64,000 bases of DNA from Mobula hypostoma (lineage: Eukaryota): contig NC_086097.1 in the NCBI RefSeq assembly GCF_963921235.1, forward strand, positions 21,268,001 through 21,332,000, in the 5' to 3' direction. The notes beneath the pieces are model-generated. The model made no database searches. It was not told the origin of the DNA and saw only the letters and a list, made by a program, of their open reading frames with translations. A program made the translations under genes and the position numbers. Below, piece after piece: positions 1 to 11,100 of this stretch (its first letter is position 1; each line of letters starts with the position of its first letter).

Positions 1-215
1 CTTTAGCCAGAGTGTGGTGAATCTGGAATGCATTGCCACGAGTGGCTGTGGAGGACAAGTCATTGGGTATATTTAAGGCAGAGGCTGATAGATTCTTGAT
101 TAATCAGGGCATGAAGGGATACAGGGAGAAGGTGGGAGATTGGAGCAGAGAGAAATAAATCAGCCATGATGAAATGGCAGCGCAGACTAGATGGACCAAA
201 TGACCTAGTTCTGCT
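1..215 (+). mobile_element. CR1-type LINE 3' end fragment
   Basis: Has the RVVNLWN..LP coding tail and the 3' UTR shared with many CR1 copies in the window. Confidence 0.75.
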
Positions 216-1302
216 TGTGTGTCACCAAAAGAACAGCCTCCCCTTCGTGGATTAGGTCTACACCTTTTACCTCCTCCTTAAAGCTGCCGGCATAATCAAC
301 GTGCCCACCCTCCCTGGATATTATCTCTTCTTCCCCCTCCCATATGAAGATTTAAAAAAAAGGCTTAGAAGCATGTACCACCAGGCAGGTTCTATCCCAC
401 TGTTATAAAGCTATTGAAAGGACCCCTAGTACGATAAAATGTACTCTTGAACTAACAATTTACCCATTTATGGCCTTGCACCTTATTGTCTACCTGCACT
501 GCACTCTCTATCACTAGTACTTTATTTGACATTGTCATTGTACCCTGTACTACTTCATTGCAACGTTGTAAATTAACCTACATGGATGGTACACAAGTAT
601 TACACTGCACATCTGTAAGTGTAATAATAATAAACCAATTTGATTCAAGCAACTCAGAACGAGGGATTAGGTTCATCATTCCTCAACCAACTCCTTGAAA
701 TTAGGCCTCCTCAGTATTGCTCAGAGTACTACGATTTTACCCATTACTTTATTTTTAAAAATAACGTTTCCTATTTCAGGTGCTGGATGAAACCATGGCA
801 ACAATTACGTGGCGACACAGATACTACACACCTTCAGCATTACATTACCAATAAATTTTATGTGCAACTAAGTATTAAAATGGTCCGATATAGATCAGAG
901 TTACAGAACCAACGAAAACAAAACCCAAGTAACTTGGACAATATTAAAAATAAGCAAGAAGAAACACAGATTAATACCTAAACCTTCAGTCCCGACTATA
1001 TTTCAATATAAAGTAGGAACTTTTCCCAATAATGGAACACGCAAGGGGACTCTAAAACCCATCTGCCCACGGTATTGCTCCCGTTCCTCAGCACACAGTT
1101 CGGTTGGTTGGAGCACGATCAGCAAAGGCGCTTCGACAGGCCTCCCAGGAAAGGAGGTGCCAACAAAACCAAACAATTCCAGGGGTGCCACACAGTTCGC
1201 ACCAACTCGCGTTTACTTACACCAGCGGGAACTCGGAGCTGGCAGGTAACAGGAACTATAACCAGGCAGCCGATTACTGCAGGAATATAAAGCATAACTA
1301 AC

Positions 1303-1316
1303 CTCGTCAGCGCCAT
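1303..1316 (-). CDS. SNW1: First coding exon of SNW1/SKIP (M-A-L-T-S..., 14 coding nt); the rest of the gene lies left of the window
   Basis: The minus strand reads aaaATGGCGCTGACGAG|GTTAGT: a strong Kozak, codons MALT plus AG, then a donor site. This matches the recalled SNW1 N-terminus MALTSFLPAP. SNW1 is the known head-to-head neighbour of ADCK1, which is identified independently below. Confidence 0.75.
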
Positions 1317-1830
1317 TTTCTCCTGGTTGTTGCTGCCCCTGACGATATACGTCTGACGTTATGCCGCAGGGGCTGAGATGTCAACCAAACCAGGCGTCAC
1401 CGCGGTGCGGCAGCTTTGATCATGTCTGCGTCATGATGTAGGCATGCAATTTGCATTTGGCGCCCTTCGCAGCGGCCCTGCGTTGGACAGTGATCGGATC
1501 GCTCAGTTGACGTAAACATGACTGACAGCAGGTTTGACCCGCCCACTGGTTGTCCCTTGGATGCTGATCTACGTCTATAGGTTAAAGCCTCATGGGAGTT
1601 GTAGTTCTCCTACTTACTTTTCTTTTAATATACGAAGTAACCGGGATTTCTTTCCCATAGAAAGACTTCGTTATGCTATCTTATGCATTGAGTAACGCTC
1701 ATTCAGTTTATTAAGTCAAATGAGAAAACAGGGGTGTTTTTAAAATGTTGTAGTTTTCTTCCAACTCTGTCCTGCTTAAAACGACTTGCCAGTTGGAGTT
1801 TGTGACTACAATTCCCATATGACTTTGCGC
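1317..1830. promoter_or_regulatory. CpG-rich bidirectional promoter (SNW1 / plus-strand transcript)
   Basis: Local CpG enrichment. Two oppositely oriented ZNF143/Staf-type ACTACAnnTCCCA motifs (1587-1606 minus, 1805-1817 plus). A YY1-like CGCCATTTT overlaps the SNW1 ATG, and there are several TGACG CRE half-sites. Confidence 0.8.
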
Positions 1831-1899
1831 GATAGGAGGAGGTCATGGGTCAGGGCTTCCCGGTTGTCGGAGGCTGAAGCCGTCTGTTGCCAATAGCCG
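1830..1899 (+). other. ADCK1: Probable non-coding first exon of ADCK1 (5' end approximate)
   Basis: GC-rich segment just downstream of the plus-strand ZNF143 motif, ending in the donor CCG|GTAAGA (GT at 1900). The ADCK1 ATG exon starts with an acceptor, so it needs an upstream exon. The link between the two is inferred. Confidence 0.55.
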
Positions 1900-3061
1900 G
1901 TAAGAGTTGCGATGTAAGATACCATTGGTGCAGGGTTCAGCACCCGTACACAACGGTATCATACTGGTCGTTTTTGGTTGAGATACTGCTCGTTTTTATC
2001 TGTTGATTAAGAGATCTCCCTAACCAAAAGTGCACACTGTTGGAAGGTATCTGAATGACAAGTTTCGATAATGTGAAGGAGGGAAAGTCAATGTCAAGCG
2101 AACGTAACAATTCAAAGAAGCTAGGTTAGAAAATGTTACTTTATATTTTTTAATATAGGTTTTACTATACGGATGGGAAAATGTACTTTAAGATGAGCTG
2201 AGTAACACATGAGAATGGGTTTACTGCAAGTTGCATAACAAAACATGCGGTGTTGGTTGCATAAGTACTACCCCAGAGTTACATGGTAGTTTTACAAATA
2301 ATTTAATTTTCAAACACCTGCATAATATTAACAGGTGGAATCTTTGCTACTACCTTGAACTGCTCGTGTAAGGAGAATTGAATGCTTTTCTTTTGATCAC
2401 TGTCACAAGCTCAATTCCCTCACATCCTTTCAGGCAAACTTTTGCGTTCTGCAGAAATATTTGCCAAGTTTAACCTTTTGGAGAGGATATTCCCGAGGGA
2501 TTTTCCAGTGAGCCTATAATGGGAACTAAGAAATAAGAAGCAGGTGTTTCACTTTGATGGATGTGCTATAGACTCCAAATTGTCAGTGGGAATTCACGGA
2601 GCAAGTATGCAGGGACGCTGCAGATACCTGTAAGAAAATGACACAGGAGCCTAATTAGGCCATTTGTCCCATTGAGTGTGATTTGCTGTTTTCATCAACC
2701 CTGATTTTCTGCCTTTTCCTTGTACACCCTGGCATAACTTCCCTGTAACCTATCAACATCTGCTTTAAATATACCCAATGACTTGGCCTCCACAGCTGTC
2801 TGCGGCAATAAATAAACCCAAATTCACCACCATATGGCTAAAGAAATTCCTTCTCTCTCTGTTTTAAAGGACATCCTTGTATTCTGTGGTTATGTCCTCT
2901 GGACTCACCCACTTTTGGAAACATCCTCTTCACATTCACTCTATCTAGGCCTTTCAATTTTCAAAGTCAAAGTAAAATTTATTATCAGAGTACATACCTG
3001 TCACCATGTACAACCTAGAGGTTCTTTTTCCTGCGGGCATACATAGCAAGTCTATAGACCA

Positions 3062-5228
3062 TTAATTGGAGTAAGGGGAACTATGAGGCTATCAGGCAGG
3101 AACATGGAAGCATAAATTGGAAACAGATGTACTCAGGGAAACATACCGAAGAAATGTGGCAAATGTTCAGGGGATATTTGCGTGGGGTTCTGAGTAGGTA
3201 CGTTCCAATGAGACATGGAAAGGATGGTACTGTACAAGATCCGTGGTACACAAAGGCTGTTGTAAGTCTAGTCAAGGAGAAAAGAAGAGCTTACGAAGGG
3301 TTCAAAAAACTAGGTAATGATATGAATCTAGACGATTATAAGGCTTGCAGGAAGGAGCTTAAGAATGAAATTAGGAGAGCCAGAAAGGGCCATGAGAAGG
3401 CCTTGGCAGACAGGATTAAGGAAAACCCCAAGGCGTTCTACAAGTATGTGAAGAGCAAGAGGATAAGATCTGAGAGTATAGGACCAATCAAGTGTGACAG
3501 TGGAAAAGTGTGTATGGAACTGGAGGAAATAGCAGAGGTACTTAATGAATACTTGCTTCAGTATTCACTACGGAAAAGGATCTTGGCGATTGTAGGGATG
3601 ACTTAGAGTGGACTGAAAATCTTGAGAATGTAGATATTAAGGAAGAATATGTACTGGAGCTTTTGGAAAGCATCAAGTTGGATAAGTCACCGGGACTGGA
3701 CGGGATATACCCCAGGCTACTGTGGGAAGTGAGGAAGGAGATCACTGAGCCTCTGGCAATGATCTTTGCATCATCAATGGGGATGGGAGAGGTTCCGAAG
3801 GATTGGAGGGTTGCGGATGTTGTTCCATTATTCAAGAAAGGGACTAGAGATATCCCAGGAAATTATAGGCCAGTGAGTCTTACTTCAGTGGTTGGTAAGT
3901 TGATGGAGAAGATCCTGAGAGGCAGGGTTTCTGAACATTTGGAGAGGCATAATATGATTAGGAATAGTCAGCATGGCTTTGTCAAAGGCAGGTTGTGCCT
4001 TACGAGCCTGATTGAATTCTTTGAGGATGTGACTAAACACATTGATGGAGGTAGAGCTGTATGTGGTGTATATGGATTTTAGCAAGGCATTTGAGAAGGT
4101 ACCACATGCAAGGCTTATTGAGAAAGTCAGGAGGCATGGGATCCAAGGGGACATTGCTTTGTGGATCCAGAACTGGCTTTCCCACAGAAGGCAAGGAGTG
4201 GTTGTAGACGGGTCACATTCTGCATGGAGGCTGGTGACCAGTGGTGTGCCTCAGGGATCTGTTCTGGAACCCCTACTCTTTGTGATTTTTATAAATGACT
4301 TGGGTGAGGAAGTGGAGTTAGTAAATTTGCTGATGACACAAAGGTTGGGTGTATTGTGGATAGTGTGGAGGGATGTCAGATGTTACAATGGGACATTGAT
4401 AGAATGCAAAACTGGGCTGAGAAGTGGCAGAGGGAGCTCAACCCAGATAAGTGTGAGGTGGTTCATTTTGGTAGGTCAAATATGATGGCAGAATATAGTA
4501 TTAATGGTAACACTCTTGGCAGTGTGGAAGATCAGAGGGATCTTGGGGTCTGAGTCCATAGGACACTCAAAGCTGCTACACTGGTTGACTCTGTGGTTAA
4601 GGCATATGGTGCATTGGCCTTCATCAATCGTGGGATTGAGTTTAAGAGCTGAGAGGTAATGTTGCAGCTATATAGGACCCTGGTCAGACCCCATAGAGTA
4701 CTGTGCTCAATTCTGGTTGCCTCAGTATAGGAAGGATGTGGAAACCATAGAAAGGGTGTAGAGAAGATTTACAAGGGTGTTGCCTGGATTGGGGAGCATG
4801 CCTTATGAGAATAGGTTGAGTGAACTCGGCCTTTTCTCCTTGGAGCAATGGAGGATGAGAGGTGACTTAATAGAGATGTACAAGATAATGAGAGGCATTG
4901 ATCGTGTGGATAGTTGGAGGCTTTTCTCCAGGGCTGAATTGGCTAGCATGAGAGGGCGTAGTTTTAAGGTGCTTGGAAGTAGGTACAGAGGAGATGTCAG
5001 GGGTGTTTTTTTATGCAGAGAGTGGTGAGTGCGTAGAATGGGCTGTCGGTGGTGGTGGTGGTGGAGGCAGAAACGATAGGGTCTTTTAAGAGACTCCTGG
5101 ATGACTACATGGAGCTTAGAAAAATAGAGGGCTATGGGTAAAGCCTAGGTAGTTCTAAGGTAGGGACATGTTCAGCACAGCTTTGTGGGCTGAAGAGCCT
5201 GTATTGTGCTGTATGTTTTCTATGTTTC
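3062..5228 (+). mobile_element. 5'-truncated CR1 LINE (frameshifted RT), inserted in a Rex-type 3' UTR
   Basis: ORF pieces KSPGLDGI, GNYRPVSLTSVVGK, QHGF, DFSKAF and SGVPQGSVL; (TTTCTATG)n tail; possible ACCA TSD. Confidence 0.93.
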
Positions 5229-5326
5229 TACCAGTAACTGTAAACAGGATCAATGAACAACAAATTGTGTATGTGCAAATCTAAATAAATAGCAATAAAT
5301 AACAAGTATGAAATAACAAGATAAAG

Positions 5327-5990
5327 TAGGAGGAGGAGGAGAAGATGGTGGCGCGACACTCCAGTGAATGAAATCTGTAATCTGTTAGGTAGGGTGCCGT
5401 GCACAATCCTGATTTGATGGAGACAGACGTGAGAGAACGGAGGAACTTCTGGAGAAACTTCTGAAATGCCTTTTTTGCTGCTGCTGTAACTGTGTGATCC
5501 GGAATCTCCGGAGGGGAAGGCCCCGAATCCCTGGCTTTGCTTGTTGCTCGGTGGCTGGGACGGTGATCGAAGTGCTGGGCAGAGATGGTGCTTGGTGTCG
5601 AAGGGCTGGTTGGAGGCTTGAAGTTTTCGGACAGACTCAGAATCAGCTGTGGTCGGGTGCTTCCAATTCATCGACAGTTGTCGGCGCCTGGAGGTTTATG
5701 GCAGAGAGAGTTTCTCCCTTCTGCTGCTTGCTACCCGGGGCTATCGGGAGTCATTCAGAACTTTGAGACTGTTTTTTACCGTTCCCATGGTCTGCTCTTT
5801 ATCAAATTATGGTATTGTTTTTCACTGCTGTAACTATATGTTATAATTATGTGGTCTTGTCAGTGTTAGTCTTTAGTTTTTCTTGTTTTTTTTTGTGATA
5901 TCATTCTGGAGGAACATTGTATCATTTCTTAATGCATGCATTTCTAAATGACAATAAACGAGGACTGAGTGTCCTCATAATCTAAAAATC
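5327..5990 (+). mobile_element. Non-autonomous non-LTR element (no tRNA head) with a 3' stem-loop
   Basis: TAAAG TSD (5322-5326 / 5991-5995). Starts ..AAGATGGTGGCGCG and ends AATAAA..GAGGACtgagtGTCCTC..(AATCT)n. A 5'-truncated copy lies at 52966-53138. Confidence 0.7.
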
Positions 5991-8199
5991 TAAAGAGTCC
6001 TTGAAGTGAGACCATCAGTTGTGGGAGCATCTGAAATAGAATGAGTGTCATTATCCCTTTTGTTCAAGAGCCTAATGTTTTCAATAAGATTCCCCCCACC
6101 CCCATCTTCTAAATGGATGATTTGTAACTCCCCTAGTATAATTGTTTACCAAATTCCACATTTTACTTTTGCTTATTTATTTGTGGGAATATTACCCTCT
6201 GTGTTGTGTGTAGTCATGTGTACTGTTTTGTGCACTTTGGTCTGGAGGAACATTGTTTCGTTTGGCTGTATTCATACCATATGTATGGATGAATAAAAAT
6301 AAACTTGAGTTGACTGGGCCTGCCGTAGTGCTTAGGGCTTGGATGCAGTGAAATTTGATAAATTTGTCCAGGATACTTTTCTTACACAATATGTAGAAAT
6401 GCTAGGATTAGGCCTCAAGCTGCGGGCTTGGCTGCTGCTGCAGATTGGATAAGCAGGCACCAGAGGCGGTGTAGCATGGCTGTGCTCAGTTCGGTGCTGC
6501 CCTCTAGTGGAATGTCAGGCTGGATTGCCGGGGGCTGTACCATCCATTTGCATGTCACTTAGGGACTTGGACTGTACATGTGCTTTCTAGAGTAACGATG
6601 TGTGTTTTTTTTCTCTCTCGCTATTTTGAATGTATGTTATGCACCTTGGCCCCAGAATGCAGGGCGCATTCAGCACTAAGGACATTAAATATCAAATGGC
6701 ATAGTTCCCCAAACTTGAGTCCACATCCATTATCTCCTAGGCGATTGAACCTTGCAGCGTGGGACGCTAGACTTTTGCACCATCTGCTGGCAGCCATTAG
6801 AGGGAGACAAGTAGATGCATGGAACATCCATTCGTTTTCTGCCCTTGTCCTTGTTGATTTTACTCTTGTTCGCTGCTTTAATTGGCATGGCGTAATGGAG
6901 CTGACCATAGGTTTGTGTTCTGCCATTACGGATCGACGTCTATCCCTGCACACTCCACTCTCGATATTGCTGAATCCCCTCGGAGGTCACAAAAGCACCA
7001 GATCATTTAGTCGACACAGAAATACATCCTTAAAGTGGAAATTCAGGCTGCGATCGATCGCAGTTCAGCAGAAGATGTACCTTTAAAAGAATGAGTGTAT
7101 CTAGTAGTCTTGTAAGATGTCAGCAGCATTTTGCTGTTGGCCACTGGTGCACCTTGCCTTGCATTTATTGTTTCCCTTAGCCCCGTTCTCTTGCCTTCTC
7201 CCCATAACCTTTGACACCCTTACTAATCAAGAACCTATCAACCTCTGCTTTAAATATATCCAATGACTTGGCCTTCACAACCATCTGAGACAATGTATTT
7301 CTCAGATTCACCACCCTCTGGCTGAAGAAATTCCTCCCCATCATTTTTCTAAAGAGACGTCCTTTTATTAGGAGGCTTCAACTTCTAACATTGCCACAGA
7401 CGGTTGTGGAGTGCAAGTCATTGGGTATATTTAAAGTGGAGGTTATTAGGTTCTTGATTAGTAATGGTGTCAAAGGTTACAGGAGAAGTCAGGAGAATGG
7501 GGTTGAATGGAATAATAAGTCAGCCATGATCGAATGGCGGAGCAGACTCCACTAGCCAAGTGGCTTAATTCTGCTCCTATGCCTTGTGGTCTTATTATTT
7601 AATCTTTGTTCAATATGTGTGTTTGGTTAGCAAGAGACTGCAATGCAAAGGGCCTTGGAAGATGTAGCATATGGCTAATTAATATTGAAACCCTCTACAT
7701 GCTGGAAGTCTGAAATGAAACTGAAAATAGTACAAATACTCACTAGGTCAGGTAGCACCTGTGAAAAGAGAAATAATGATAACATTTCAGGTGAATTATC
7801 TTTCTAAATACTTTATACTTTATTGTCGCCAAACAATTGATACTAGAACGTATAATCATCACAGCGAATGGTCATCAAATTGAAATGTTATCTCTATTTT
7901 TCTCTCTCCACAGATTCTGCCTGATCTGCTGAGTAATAGCAGTATTTTCTGCTCTTGTACCTTTTTTTGTAATTTATTTTTTATTCAATTTCATCATCAA
8001 AGAAACATTTCCGTAAGATGTATTTCAGATACTGTACATATATATCATATAATCATATTTGTCACAAATCTCCACATAATATTTATCTGAGGTATACACT
8101 TATAGAAAGGAGGGGAAAGAAAGAATAATGGAAAGAAGAAAACTATGTACAAAGTAGGGAGTGATTTTTTTTTACAACATATTCATTGACTTGTGAGAA

Positions 8200-11100
8200 T
8201 AAAATCAGGCCTATGAGGTGTTATGTAGTTAAACCATTTTTTCCAGTATGAATAAAATTGTTCCAACTTATGATTAACAGATGCTATTATCGTCTCCATT
8301 TTGCAAATGTCCATTGTAATTTCCATCCATACATTTAAAGTTGGGGTCTCCTGAGAAAACCATTTCCAGCCACCAGCAGTATATTCATTAAATATTTATC
8401 TCATTTCAACCATTCTTGAGGTTTATACCCAAAATATATGGTCTTACTCTCGAAGGGTATTTCACATTTAAAGATGTCTTGTAGGGCATTATGTATCCTA
8501 CTCCAATAGTCTTTGATAACGGGGCATTCCCAGAAAATATGATAATGGTTTGCGCTTTGATTTCCACAATTTCTCCAGCAAGCAGGGGGTTACTATCATA
8601 ATGGAATTTCTGAGACGGTGTAATAAAATATCTTTTCAAGTTTTTCCACCCGAACTCCCTCCATTTCTGTGAGCTGGTACACTTCCATTGATACCTCCAT
8701 ATTATTGTCCAGTCTTCCTCAGATATTATTATCCCTCCTTCCTTCTCCCATTTTGTTTCAATGTTATGAAGTTGAATGTGTTTTAAGATTTGACAAACCC
8801 TTATAAATGCTTGAAATTATTCTACTACCGTTGTCTGAATATATGCTTTTCTAAATAGCTCTATCAGACATTTACTTGCCTTGGTTACATTTTTAACTAT
8901 CCTATTAACGTACTGTCACATCTGTAAATACCGGTAAAAGACTTGTTTTTCTAATAAGTGTTTTTCTTTGAACATTTCAAAGCTGAACAGTGCTCCTTCT
9001 TTCATTATATTGCAAATAGCTGTTATTCCTTTAGTTGTTCAGTCCTTAAATCTAGCATCCAGTTTATTTGGCGTAAAATCCGAGTCATATGCACACCATT
9101 TAAGAATTTCAATGTCTCTCTTTAGTTTATATTCTTTTATAATAGTTTTCCATATTTTAGGAGTCCATTTCACCCACGAGTTGTCAATATTATTTATGTA
9201 ACTTTGTAGGTTGTTATCAGCCAAAATTGCCTGTATGGGGATGGAAAGTATCCTCTCCTCAATGTTTTTCTATTGAGCGTCATATGATGGGTTGCACCAG
9301 CATATCACGGCTCTCAACTGTGCTGCAAAATAATAATCTCTAAGAGAAGGTAGGCCCCATCCACCTTTTCCTTGGCTAATTGCAAAGTTTTGAGACGAAC
9401 CCTAGGCCTTTTACCTTGCCATATATATCTTGATAGCATCTTGTTCCATTCATTGAATTGATTTTGGTTAATCTCTATTGGTAGGGTCTGAAAGAGATAT
9501 AGAAGTCTGGGCAGTATATTCATTTTAATAGATTCAATCCTTGAACTGAGACCAAGAAAAGGAATTGGGTTCCATCTTGTTACATCTTCCTTAATTTTTT
9601 ATATATATTGGCTGATAATTGCATTCTGATAATTTTGCCAAATCTTTTGACATAATGATGCCCAAATATTTGATGGACCCTGTTTTTGCCATGCCCAAGG
9701 ATATCTACTTTCAATTTCTCTTGGTGGGCTATAGTTATATGAAAGTAAATACGAGGAATTCTGCAGATGCTGGAAATTCAAGCAACACACATAAAAGTTG
9801 CTGGTGAACGCAGCAGGCCAGGCAGCATCTCTAGGAAGAGGTACAGTCGACGTTTCGGGCTGGGACCCTTTGTCAGGACTAACTGAAAGAAGAGCTAGTA
9901 AGAAATTTGAAAGTGGGAGGGGGAGGGGGAGATCCGAAATGATAGCAGAAGACAGGAGGGGGAGGGATGGAGCCAAGAACTGGACAGTTGATTCGCGAAA
10001 GGGATATGAGAGGATCATGGGACAGAAGGCCAAGGGAGAAAGAAAAGGGCGAGGGGGGGGAAGCCCAGAGGATGGGCAAGGGGTATAGTGAGGAGGACAG
10101 AGGGAGAAAAAGGAGAGAGAGTAAAAGAATGTGTGTATATAAATAAATAATGGATGGGGTTCGAGGAGGAGGTGGGGCATTAGTGGAAGTTTGAGAGATC
10201 AATGTTCATGCCATCAGGTTGGAGGCTACCCAGACGGAATATAAGGTGTTGTTCCTCCAACCTGAGTGTGACTTCATCTTTACAGTAGAGGAGGCCGTGG
10301 ATAGACATATCAGAATTGGATTGGGATGTGGAATTAAAATGTGTGGCCACTGGGAGATCCTGCTTTCTCTGGCGGACAGAGCGTAGGTGTTCAGCGCAAC
10401 GATCTCCCAGTCTGTGTGGGGTCTCGCCAATGTATAGAAGGCCACATCGGGAGCACCGGACGCAGTATATCACCCCAGCCGACTCACAGGTGAAGTGTCG
10501 CCTCAGCTGGAAGGACTGTCTGGGGCCCTGAATGGTGGTGAGGGAGGAAGTGTAAGGGCATGTGTAGCACTTGTTCCTCTTACAAGGATAAGTGCCAGGA
10601 GGGAGATCGGTGGAGAGGGATGGGGGGGACGAAGGGACAAGGGAGTCGCGTAGGGTGCGATCCCTGCGGAAAGCAGGGGGGAGGGAGGGAAAGATGTGCC
10701 AGGTGGTGGGATCCCGTTGGAGGTGGCGGAAGTTACGGAGAATTATATGTTGGACCGGAAGGCAGGTGGGGTGGTGGGTGAGGACAAGGGGAGCTATTCC
10801 TAGTGGGGTGGCGGGAGGATGGAGTGAGAGCAGATGTGCGTGAAATGGGGGAGATGCGTTTGAGAGCAGAGTTGATGGTGGAGGAAGGGAAGCCCCTTTC
10901 TTTAAAAAAGGAGGACATCTCCCTCGTCCTGGAATGAAAAGCCTCATCCTGAGAGCAGATGCGGCAGAGACGGAGGAATTGCGAGAAGGGGATGGCATTT
11001 TTGCAAGAGACAGGGTGAGAAGAGGAATAGTCCAGATAGCTGTGAGAGTCAGTAGGCTTATAGTAGACATCAGTGGATAAGCTGTCTCCAGAGATAGAGA

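Noticed and set aside
1119..1316. 65-aa ORF MALTRLVML...
   Set aside because: Read-through of the SNW1 first exon into intron 1.
6580..7086. 168-aa ORF
   Set aside because: Non-ATG start within repeat-derived sequence, no recognisable domain and no convincing splice signals.
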